DNA from: Lama guanicoe
Taxonomy: Eukaryota
Length of the DNA stretch: 64,000 bases
Direction of reading: 5' to 3'
Assembly (NCBI GenBank): GCA_013239625.1
Contig: MU053487.1
Coordinates: forward strand, 1,383,058 to 1,447,057
Each line of letters opens with the position of its first letter. The first letter of the stretch is position 1. Below, one piece after another: positions 52,776 through 64,000 of this stretch. The translations under genes were made by a program, and so were the position numbers. The notes beneath the pieces are model-generated. The model was given only the letters and a program-made list of their open reading frames with translations, was not told where the DNA came from and did not search any database.

Positions 52776-54237
52776 AACAAACCATTCCACACTTAGACAG
52801 GAAAATGAGGTTATAAAAATGTAAGAACTTGATCAAAATTACCTACAGAAATGATTAACATGCAGATTGGCCCCTGATCTTCCATCATTAAGTAAAACTA
52901 TCAAAATCAAGGATTTCACTATTTAATTGCTATAGATAAATCAAATATTTATAGGCTCGACCATGAAATTCTGTGATTCTAAATTATAATTCTTATGCAT
53001 AAAATGAGGAAAGAAATATTTCCTTGATAAGAATTTAGGATCTAAAACAGTGAACTTTCTGGGGCAGAAAAGCTCTCTTGTTTCTCTACCATTCTTAAAA
53101 TAAATTACTAAAGACATATCCCCATATTTTAATCTCTGAATGTTTATTTAAATTTACAATGCATTGAAAGACCTGAATTTTTGGATTTCTAAGAAGTATT
53201 CTTTGTGTTCTCTTAATCTTGCTTAAGGTACTTCCTCCCAGATTTATGGGGACTTCGATGATAATTAGAGCCTGTATTTGTAGGGAATTTTATTCTTTAG
53301 AGTGCTTGCACATATGTTATCTCATTTAACTGTTGCACTCAGAAGGTACATGGAATCATTATACAGATGAGGAAACTTAATTGCAGTGATTGCATCTTGC
53401 CCACACTAATGTACGCAGCATATGGCAGAACCAGGTAATGAATTCAGATCTTTTTGGAATATAAGGCAGGGCTTTGTCTACTGCTGCATAGCTATTTCTG
53501 AAGTTGTTTTTACTACAACCCATGTTGAGAAAAGCAGTAAAGAATGAACTCTCTGGGTGAGCCATGTGGAAAGGAGATGGTTTGAGTGAGTTTATAAATA
53601 GCTGCTTTCCATTAATTGGTATGTTTTATTCTCTGCATTTCCAAAGCATATATAGATGCATGAAGAAGATTTGTTCTAATAGAACTTACACAAAAGAAAC
53701 ATGATGTTGCAGTATCAAGTAGTCAAGATTTAGAACCTAACAGAAATATGCAATTATGCAACTCTTCCCCTGGTAATTCCTACCATGTATAGTTCTTCAA
53801 TCTCTTGACCCTCTGCTTATCTTTGAAGTGGTGCTGATAATACTATATCAAATGAAAATATGAATGAAATTATCTTTAAATCATAAAAGAGTCAAATCAT
53901 TCATTGCTGTGTGGTTACCTTTTGCTAATTTCAAGCTGCTGGCTCACAACATACTTGAACATGGAAGAGAAGAATCTGTGTATGAGTAGTTAGCATTTGC
54001 CCTTTCTTAAAAGTCAGGGGAAGCGCTTTTTAAATTAGTCTTTTCCATCTGAGCAGTTGCAGGGGGCAAGATTTTCTGTGTTTTTCATCTCATCACCCCA
54101 TCTGAGAAGTGATAAATCCTTTAAATCTGGTCTTAACAAGTCAACAATTCCTAGCTCTTACAGCTGATCTACTGTATCCCAAGCTCTGTTCTGATCTTTT
54201 GACATAATGTCTCCTTCTTCTCTACAAGTTGTTGATA

Positions 54238-55104
54238 TTTTTTGTAAATTGTGGTTAAAAAAATGCATAACATAAAATTTATCATCTTAACCATGTCTAA
54301 GTTTACAGTTCAGTAGTGTTAAGTATATATTCACTTTGTCATGCAACTATCACCACCATCCATCCCCATTACTCTTTTTATTCTATAAAATGAACACTCT
54401 GTACCTGTTAAACAATAATGCACCACTCCCCTCTTCCGCTAGCCCCTGGCAACCATCATTCTACTTTCTGTCTCTTTGAATTGGGCTATTCTAGGAACCT
54501 CCTATACGTGGAATCTTACAGCATTTGTCTTTTTGTGACTGGCTTGTTTCACTTAGCATAGTGTCCTCAAGATTCATCCATATTATAGCATGTATCAGAA
54601 TTTCCTTCCTTTATTGAGGCTGACAAGTAGTACTTCATTGTATGTATATATCACACTTCGTTTATTCATTTATCCATTGATAGACACTTGGGTTACTCCA
54701 ACTTTTTTGCTGATGCAAACAGTAATGCTCTGAATGATTATGCAACTATCTCTTTGAGATCCTGCTTTCAATTCTTTTGGATACAGAGGTGAAATTGCTG
54801 GATCATGTGTTAGTTCTATTTTTAAATTTTTGAGGAACATCTATACTGTTTTCCATAGTGATTGCACAATTTTTTATTCCCATCATTGGTACATAAGAGT
54901 TCCAATTTCTCCATGTTCTCACCACACTGGTTATTCTTTTTGTTTTTAATAGTAGCTATTCTAATAAGTATAGAGATAATATCTCATTGTACTTTTAATT
55001 TGTATTTCCCTAATGATTAGCAATGTTGAACATCTTTTCATGTGCTTTTTGGCCATTTGTACATCATGTTTGGAGAAATGTCTGTTCAAGTCCGTTGCCC
55101 ATTT
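54238..55104 (-). mobile_element. Old L1 (L1MB-like) 3' portion, 3' partner of a U6/L1 chimera
   Basis: Minus ORF 54961-55251 includes [37 protein letters not shown]; 3'UTR cataacataaaatttatcatcttaacc...ctggcaaccatcattctactttctgtctct. Confidence 0.9.
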
Positions 55105-55214
55105 AAAAAAAATATGGACTACTTCATGAAGTTTCGTGTCATTCTTGCACAGCAGCCATGGTACTCTTCTCTGTATCTTTTCAATTTTAGTACGTCTGCT
55201 GCCAAAGCATGCAC
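55105..55214 (-). pseudogene. RNU6 (pseudogene): Full-length U6 snRNA retrocopy
   Basis: Reverse complement gtgcatgctttggcagcagacgtactaaaattgaaaagatacagagaagagtaccatggctgctgtgcaagaatgacacgaaacttcatgaagtagtccatatttttttt aligns without gaps to U6 (about 20 mismatches in 104 nt by hand count); ACAGAGA box retained. Confidence 0.95.
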
Positions 55215-55814
55215 CTAAGTGGTTGTTCCTAATGAGAATTTTCACTGTCATATTTTTCTCTTCTCAACAAACCACTATCCACTGACTATGCACCTACTTC
55301 CAGAATTTTTTCCCATAAAAACTATAGAAGAAAATTTATATGTATTCTTAAAACTTATTTCTTGTTCATGTTCAAGTCATCAGCTATTTTCATTTCTTTA
55401 TCCCACTGGTAGTCTTTAAGTTTTTTGGTTTTGGTTTGTTTGGTTTTGTTTGTACTTGTTCGTGTCACTAGGTTTGAAGGGAGGAAAATTTTAAAGTCTG
55501 ACTTAACCTCTGCCACCTTAAACAGCCTGATCAAAGCAGAGACGAGTAAGGAGCAACACTTCAACCTCACGTCTGAAGGGGACATAAATCCTGTTCCTTT
55601 TTTTGTTTGTTTGTTTTAATCAGAAGTTCTTAATTTTCTCACCATTGATGTAAAAATTATTTATGCTTGCACTGCAAGCAACATAAATCATTAACACAAA
55701 AGAATACTAAGCAGCCTTAGTCAGTATCATTTCTTTCTGTGAGACACAGTGGAAATGAAGGAATACAACTTGTCATTGAGCAGAAGTCTCAGAAACATTT
55801 ATCCAGGGCCTCAT

Positions 55815-56230
55815 TTATTTAACTCCAGTCACACTGGTCTTTTTATTTTTAGGACAAATCAAGTCCTTTCCATCCCAAGAACTTTGTACATCTTTTTCCT
55901 TGTCATCATTTCATCCTTTTCATTGAGGTCTTAGCTTAATGGTGCCTCCTCCAAGGGGCATTCAGACAGCTAAGCCGACGGTGCTGCCTCCTGACGTTCG
56001 TCTTCTAACATCGCATCCAACGTATCTTCTTCCCAGCACAAATCACTTTCTGAAGTTATCTTACTAATAATTTATTTGTGTGCTTGTTCATTGTCAGCTA
56101 CCACTACCACCTGTTCAAATATATGTCTTATAATTGCAGAAGGCTATTTTTTACCTCTACACCCTCAGTGCCTAAAACAGTGCCTAATTAATAGCATATG
56201 TTTAATAAATATATGTTGAATGAATACATG
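55815..56230 (+). mobile_element. L2 3' end
   Basis: ctccagtcacactggtc...ccctcagtgcctaaaacagtgcct...aataaatatatgttgaatgaat. Confidence 0.75.
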
Positions 56231-56236
56231 GTAACA

Positions 56237-56462
56237 GTGTCAGTTAGCAAACGTTTTTCTGGAAAAAGCCAGTTAGTAAATATTCTAGGCTTTGCAGGCC
56301 ATGTGGTTTCTGTTGTAACTCTTCAACTCTGCCACTGTAGTATAAAACCATCATAGACAATACACAAACAAATAAACATGATTGTGTTCCAATAATATCT
56401 TATTTATAGAAACAGGTGATAGGTTGGGTTTGGCCTCTGGGTCATAGTGTGCTGTCAGCTGG
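56237..56462. mobile_element. MER58A-like hAT MITE
   Basis: agcaaacgtttttctggaaaaagccagttagtaaatattctaggctttgcaggccatgtggtttctgttg...gtgttccaataa. Confidence 0.8.
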
Positions 56463-57729
56463 AGTAGATCATTTGTTGTCATCTTTGGTGTCAGGGCACA
56501 CTTTGATGTTGATTCAGATGCTAGTGTTTGCCAAAAAAATTGTTAGTAATAATAAAGAGCCAAAGATAAATTTAGATTTACTCCACAAATACAGAGAGTA
56601 ATTAAGGTAAATATTAAGGGGAATATTGGCATTAAAAATAACAAGAAAATGTTTGAAATCACCTTTAGTGTGCCTCAGAGTCACCGGGGATTGCTGCTCT
56701 GCACTCACAGAGTTCCTGATACAGTCAGTCTGGGGTGGTGCCTGCCAGTTTGCGTTTCTGTCTAGTTTTAGGTAATGCTGATGCTGGTGGGATAGAGGCT
56801 GGAAAGTGGAAAACAGATGCATGTTAATATGTGATTGATGTGATAGGGGTGAGGAATTAAGGTGTGAATCATGGTAGGGGCTGTTGAAATCATAAGGCAC
56901 AAATGAGAGGGAATGATCCAGAGGAGTAGCATTAATGAGGATTAAAGATCAATTGGCTGTACAAATAAGGGGGAAATAGGGACCATATGACTGTAACATT
57001 CTTAGCTGGGAAAACTAGGTAGATGATCAATCCATTATTTGAAGTATGGAACCTGAGTAGTAGGTTTGAAGGAAAGTTCAAAGGTCTTATTTGAATATGG
57101 CTTGTTAGTGGTTCCTACATTCATCCAAGTGGGATTGTCTAGGAGGTTTTGGGAAATATGGGTGAAGCTCAGGAATGACATATACATATACCAAGATACA
57201 TACTTTTGGTAGCAATCAGCAAACAAATGGTCATTGAAGCCACGGGAAGAAGGTGAAGTAGTCCCTAGGGGATGTGTAAAACAAGAGGAAAAAGTTTCAG
57301 GAATTCTAAACTATGCCAGGCTAACTGCATTTTCTTTAACAGAAGTACTTGGCTAGTAGTCATATAGCTGCACTTAATTTGGTGTGACATTTCCTGACAT
57401 AATGTTGGATAAAATGAGCCACTCCCTTTGACATTGTATGGTATTAGTACATGGTTGCATGAATGCAGGTAAAGGATGTTGACACAAGAGTAGAGCAAGT
57501 AGAGGATGGCTAATGGTGTACCAGCAGTTTCTTCCCTCAGCTGCATCCCATTGGTAGAGATGCCAGGATGGATAAATTAATGCTTTTTACATAAAACTGA
57601 AGGAAATGTGTTGAATGAGAGAATATTCATGGTAAGGGGAAGTGAAATGTTAAATCATTTCTTACCAGAAGAATTTTTTTAAAAACAAATAAGTCCAGGT
57701 CTTCTTTAAAAAAAAAATAACAAAAAAAG

Positions 57730-58310
57730 AAGAAAGGAGGAAAAGTGAAACAAAGAACAGATGGAAGTAATATATATCAATACCAAGATGGGAGGCAAAA
57801 ATTCAACTGTTTATGTAATCTCATTAAGTGTAAATGGATCAAACTTTCCAATGAAAAGGCGGAGAACTTCAGACTGGTTTGACAAAACAGTCAAGATTGA
57901 ATTGAATTCTATGCTGTCTACGAAGTAAGTTGAAAACAAGAGGATAGAAAAAGATACGGCATGCACACTGTAACAATAGGAAAACATATTAGACAAATAA
58001 GATTTCATAAGATTTCTGGACAAGAATTGTTACCCAAAAATAAAGTGGGACATTTTATAGTGATAAAAAGAGCAGTTCACCAGGAAGATATACTAATATT
58101 AAATGTGAAGATACCTCATAAGAGAGCCTCCAATGTGCACAGTACAGAAAGTATCAGCCTTAGTGGAAGAAATAGGAAAATCCACAATTAAGCTTATTGA
58201 CTTCATTCCCCTCTTGCAGTCATTAGTTGAACAACTAGACAAATAATTTTTAAGTATACATAGTGGACTTGAACAACACAAGTAGCCTGAACTAACTGAT
58301 ATCTAAAGAA
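57730..58310 (+). mobile_element. Old L1 ORF2 5' (endonuclease-region) fragment
   Basis: aagtgtaaatggatcaaactttccaatgaaaaggc; GHFIVIKRAVHQEDILILNV in ORF 57961-58191. Confidence 0.75.
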
Positions 58311-60659
58311 TCTCTTCCTTAAGGATCAAAAGCCCCAAGCTTTTGGAGGAAAGACAGCAAACTTCCAAGAGCTTCTTCCACATTTATCCTTTTCCCAGGC
58401 ATGTCAGGAACAGCTGTTGGGATATATGCTCTCTTTGGGGCCTCCATATATTTTGTAGCCCACTTCCTATTGAGAGCTATTTTAAGCTTGTCAAAAATTA
58501 GTAAGTTTTAATGAGGCTAGTGTTCTTCAGCAATTTGATTTCTTCAGAATCTTATTAGCTTTCCGACTTACTTCTAGTCAGTTTCATGTGTGGGCAACCA
58601 CACCAAAAATTTTGGAACCATTCTCAGATAGTCCTTCTTTTCCTCACTTCCTAGTTTTCTTGGCTTAATAGCAGCTGCCTTGAGGAGATGAGGCCTAAAT
58701 AGAGGGCATTACAGATGTGATCACTTTACTGAAGAAAGACTTCTCATTGTGTCTTCATCAAAAAAGAAAAAAAAAACTTTTAAAATTGCATCTCCTGTTA
58801 TTCAATATCTAGCAGCTGTCAATATTTCCAATCTTGCAAACCCATAATATGTGATTTCTCTTTATCCATGCATTTCTCCTTCTAAACTGGCTGGCTTTTT
58901 TTCTTTATGTGTTGCCAAACAGATCCTATGACAGCTGACACATATTAAAATAAATCAATCTCTATAAATCAATAAAAAATGTTTTAAAAAAATAAAGAAA
59001 GTAGGAGAAAGAAAAAAATTAAAATTATAAACAAAAACTTAAAAAAAAAACCCTCTGTCAACATTATTCCCCCAGCTCAGTAATCATTTGATCTGTTTTT
59101 CAAGTTACTGCAGCCAAGAGGTTTATCAAACATTTTGCATTTGGACAAATGAATGAAGAGCCATCCAGTTTATTTTATGTGTTGTCTTGTCATCCTCCAT
59201 TCTATCACTGGGACAATGCTGCACATTGAAGAATATTATTGCAGTGGCATTCCAGTTCTGGCATCACTTTCTGCATTAATAAGGATAAGTCATGCTGGCT
59301 GCTGAAACAAGTAATACAGAATCTCATTGTCTTTCAACAGTTAGGGTTATTTTGTGTATGTGCACCAGTGTGCATGCATGTGCCCAGACACAAACCAGAA
59401 ACTAACCCTGGGCAGCAGAAGAAGGTGTGAGGGTATGAGGTTCTGCTCTACAGAGAAATTCTGGGGCCAACCCCTTCCATGCTGAGGTTCCATTATATTC
59501 AACATGTGGTTTCAACATGACCCTTGTATAATTGAGCTGGAAGGTGAGAGAGAAAGGGGAAAGAAGTGGTTCAGAAGTGGCACACACGTCCACTAATAAT
59601 ATATTGGTAAAACTAGCCACTGTGGTGCTTTATGTAATAGTTCAGTGTGGAAAACAAAGAGTACACTAGTGTTTTTAACAGATAATTTCATGTACAGAAT
59701 TGTTTAAATGGTTACTGAAAGACTAGAAGAAAACAGTGTGAGGGAGAGAAAATGAGGGGAGAGGGAGGGCGAGGGCAAGGGAGGGAGGAGAGAGAGGGAA
59801 AAGGGGAACATCCAGCTCTGGCTTGCCCTGGTATCTCTGAGAAGACGGATCTCAGAGGCTGAAAGAAGCTAAAAACTGGAACCAACTGCCACTTAAACCA
59901 ACTACTGCTGCCAGGTGGAAGAGCTATGTTGCTTACAGGAACTATATGCCAACCAAGAAGGAGCTAATCCCTACAATCTCTACTTCTTCTGCCTAGTGCT
60001 CTTACTGGCACAAAATAGAAGGTAGCCACCTTAAAAGGAAAAATGTAATTGTAGATTCCTGGCCCCAGCATCAGATGACTCTCGAGGAAGGGTGGATTTG
60101 GAATTGAGCAACAACAGTTTAATAAGTGGCACCTTGTTTTCTGATCTGTTGCTTATCCAGGTATCCTTGCATCTTGCCCCACTTCTGCTATCTGAGAACT
60201 AATAACAATGACTCACATTATTACACAGAGCATTGTAATTAAAAAGTCAGTGGAGTCTCAAATGAAATTCCTAAAGTTCAGATCTCTAATTGGTAACACA
60301 ATCGACTGTGGTTACACCAGAAGGAATCTCTTGCACTGCTTTTTCCAGCATATGCATTTCCCAATGCTATGCATACCATTAAGGATGGATTTCATACTGG
60401 GGGCCCTGATTCTGCCAGTTTTTCCCCCAGTGATGATCGTTGGCTTGGAAAGCCGAAAACGTGATTACTCATTATCTCATTCGATAGCATCTTCTGCTGG
60501 TTGACTTGAATTCTGCTCATTTCCAGAGCTGGTTTTGTCCAAATGTCCAATTTCTAGTTCACTCCTGAACAATGTATTTCATGAAGGAAGTTCCACACCC
60601 AAGATTATTATATTTTCCAGCTATTGACAAAGTAGATGAGTTCTGCTTAACAAGTCTGC

Positions 60660-61060
60660 CATTTGTTTATTGCTGTTAAACTATTTCAAGATAATGATAA
60701 TTTTATTTATTAAGTCACGTGATTTTGTGGGCCGGGAATTTGGGCAGGGCTCAGATGTGCAAGCCTTCTTCTGCTCCATGTTGTATAGACTGGAGCCTCA
60801 GTCTGTAGACTCAGTTCTGTTTAACTGGCAGCTGGGTTTGTCTGGAGGGTCCCAGGTGGCTTCATTCATATGGCTCTTGTCTACAAGGCTGGACCCCAAG
60901 GTTTGTGAGATCATAGGGATTCTTCAGAGTATTTCTCCAGCAGGATAGTGGGCATTTTACATGGTGCTCAGGTCTCCAAGGGACCGAAAGAGAGGCTATC
61001 AGTTGTCTTAAAGGCTAGACTCAGAAATGGAATAAAGCCTCTGTTGACACAATCAGGGCA
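60660..61060 (-). mobile_element. Old MaLR LTR (MLT1-type)
   Basis: gattttgtgggccgggaatttgggcagggctcag...ggtcccaggtggcttcattcata...aaggctagactcagaa. Confidence 0.65.
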
Positions 61061-62799
61061 AAGGAAGTATTATTTCCTATGTCTTGCATAGGAGGTACTT
61101 TTGTAAAGGAGGCACCTTGCCACATACCTAAGCATGCAGACAGAATTAATCAGATTAGCGTATGTTGATGAAGAGACTAATGAGGCGTTCTTGAGTAAGT
61201 CAGCGTTTTCTGAAATAGAAACCAAGTAGAAACTGGGCTTGGAAACACAAAGTTCTGCTCTTCTGATACTTTCACTTCTAATGAGAGGAAAAATAAGAAA
61301 CATTACCCACGTGCTCAGACAGTTTCTCAAACAGTGGTCTAAAATTGTCTCTAAATTTGGAGATTGCAAAATTGAGCACAGCCATATGTGAAACTTCACA
61401 TGTGTGCAACCAGGGGAAAGACTATTCAGTTCAAACATGTTTAGATTCCATGCTTTTCTCTCAACAATGCAGAGAATCTGTGATTATTTTAAACAACGGT
61501 ATACTCATAATTTAATTGGGGCTGCAAAAATCTTACGTCTTTTACCTTCTGTCTGAAGTGTATCCACCACCCTCCCCTTGACTTGCAACACCATTAACTT
61601 GTTCCTTGTTTCAGCTCACTAAACCTTCCTGATATATCCCCATCTTTCCTTTAAGAAGCATATTATTATCATTATTATTACTTTGCTTTAGTAAGAGGTG
61701 GGAAGTATTCTTCATTATGTAAAATGTGATCTATGTGGCGTGCTTCTAAAAGTAGAATGTCTGCCAAGTTCTCTAGCAACTTTCCCAGTGTATAATTAAG
61801 TAGTCATTTAAACTATAGTTTATGTTTCTGTGAAGGGAGAGTGTGGAACTCAGAAATAGAAGTTGTTGTGGGGTGTTCTTTTCTGTATTTTAAAATTATA
61901 TGTTAGATTCTAGTTTTGACAGCTATAGCTTTTAAGGTAACAAAACTGAATTTTCAGTTCTATTAACATGGTGGCCAGAATGACCAGAGAAACCCCCTTG
62001 ATACAGAATACTGAAAAAGTCCTGGATGAAATGTACCATCTAGTGTGAAATAAGACAACTTTCAGAGGCTAGAGTCTGAGAGAAAAAGCAGATTTAGAAC
62101 AGTGCTGAGAATTGATTATTACATATTTCCTGGAGCATCTGATTATCTCTGATGGCCTAGAGCTGAATATTAAAAGGCTATGTTTTTGCGGTAGACTGGG
62201 CAGAAGGCCTGAGACTTATGCAACACAGGTGGATTTGACATGAGACTTTGGCATTAAATCCGTACTTTTGATAGCCAGCCTGACGGTGAGCTGAAGGAAA
62301 AATGATACAGAGAGAGGTAAAGAAGATATCTGTGTGTCTCATTCTTGACTTTGAATGGAAGGTAAAGTAAGACAATGTATATGAATTGTGTGTGTATGTG
62401 TGTATGTGTGTGTATACATGCACACACATACACAATTACTTTGAAAATTGCTTAAAAAAAGACCTGGTCCTATATAGATTAGAGACAAATTTAAATATTT
62501 GTGTAATTAAAATACTCTTAAAGGCAAAAATTTGGTTTAAGGTCATTCCCAACTAGTTAAATGCAGCCAACTAAAGAGTGGAAGCAATACAAATGCCCTC
62601 TGGAGAAACACAGATTCACCCCAGGAGTCAAAAATCTCTTACAGATGGGGTTTCAATAAACGTGATTTCATAATAGCAACAACAACAACAAGGAAAAAAA
62701 ATTTAATCCAGTATTTAAGAAAGCAAGCCGATATTAACAGAATATAATGAAAGAAAAAAAGTGAGGTCAAATACATTTAGAAAGAAGATCTTGAATTTA

Positions 62800-63520
62800 T
62801 CAAAGAGAAAGTATTTCATTTAAATATATTAATATGACTAAAGATCACATTATATATACATGAAGGAATGAGTAAAGATTAAACTAACAGATGTATTTGT
62901 AAAAGACCAGAGTAGCTCTTTTAACAATTAGAAGGAATGTGTATATCTAGTTTTAACTTTAATCTAAATTTGTATATACACAACATATATGTAATTGGAA
63001 AATCAATAAACACTTTAAATAGCATATTAGACACAGTAACAGAAATAGTAAAGTGATGATAAACTGATAACACAGCAGACTACAGACGGCAAAAAATATA
63101 CGACATGTTAAGTGACATTGATGAATGAGACGTCTAAAATAGAGACACATTCAGTTCTGAGAAAGTCTCAAGTGGGAAGAATTAATATTTGGAAACATAA
63201 ATGTGTATTTCCCAATATTAAGGAAAGAAAGAAACCATCAGATTCAGAATGACCCAAACACCCCCTAAACTTGAACAAAATTTTAAAAAATCAACTAAAG
63301 TGAAACAACAAAAATACCTACACCAACACATCATAATTTAAATATAGAACAGCAGAGCAACAGGAACTACAAGTAGCCAGAGAAGGTAACAGATAGTAAG
63401 AATACAACAACAAATAAACTGAGAGCTAACTTGCCAAAAATACCAAAAGAAGGCAGAAATCAATCTAATAGTATCGTTAAAATGTAGAAAGAAAAGAATT
63501 TTGAATCTGGATCACATATT
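62800..63520 (+). mobile_element. Decayed old L1 ORF1-region remnant
   Basis: catattagacacagtaacagaaa...tttcccaatattaagg...atacctacaccaacacatcataatt...agagctaacttgcc...gaaggcagaaatcaatctaata. Confidence 0.5.
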
Positions 63521-64000
63521 TAACCTTAGGTGAACATAGATTACCTTCCATTAATTTAAATTTTTCATTTATTTAAATAAAATGTGTGCACACGTGTGCC
63601 CATGTGTGTAGCATGTTTGTAGAGGTCTTACACACATCCTTTAGATTTACTTTGATTATTTCTATGCTATGCCTAATTATGGCTCTTAAACTTACTCTAT
63701 GATTATTATTGAAATATAAAAATTTAATCAGTATTTGTGTGTTTGCATAGCATTTCATCGAATTGCTAAATTCAAGTTTAATTATAACAGCATATCTAAA
63801 TTTTTTGTTTGTTTTCTTTTAATTAGTCTACTGCCTTCACTGTACTGGCACAGATTTCTAGTCCAGTGGTGAACAGGCCATTCAGAAAAATGTTTTTGTA
63901 AGTCATTTACAGATACTCTATATAAAATTAATGAGATGCTCTTTTATTTCTGTTTTTCTAAGAATTTTTAAATAAATTTCTGATAACTTGTATCAAAAGC

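Noticed and set aside
55105..55214. Functional U6 gene
   Set aside because: About 20 substitutions, fused to L1, and no evident TATA/PSE upstream on the minus strand.
58380..60600. Hints of further CR1/L3 remnants (e.g. ccagttctggcatcacttt at ~59252; RDLNF-like text on the minus strand near 60270)
   Set aside because: Similarity too weak to call by eye; needs a profile search.

Overview
This is AT-rich, CpG-poor eutherian genomic DNA. It is most likely camelid, an inference from the young L1 ORF1/3'UTR type and the lack of any recognisable lineage-specific SINE. No host protein-coding exon could be supported; the window looks intergenic or deep-intronic and is dominated by interspersed repeats (L1 of several ages, MaLR/ERVL LTRs, L2, MIR, MER58, a hAT transposase fossil, a CR1/L3 fossil). 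Best-supported items: (1) a TSD-bounded L1 at 5763-8873 with full 5'UTR and ORF1 but almost no ORF2 (HAL1-like architecture), plus an extra ~55-bp 3' tag that looks like a transduction; (2) a young, 5'-truncated L1 at 47004-49219 with an uninterrupted ORF2 C-terminal half and a perfect 16-bp TSD; (3) a full-length U6 snRNA copy fused to an old L1 3' end (U6/L1 chimera, minus strand, ~54238-55214); (4) an ancient CR1 ORF2 remnant still open for 126 codons. Repeat subfamily names are from recalled consensus similarity, and boundaries of old repeats are approximate. I found no evidence of a wholly new multi-gene system; the best novelty candidate is a possible non-autonomous ORF1-only L1 family.
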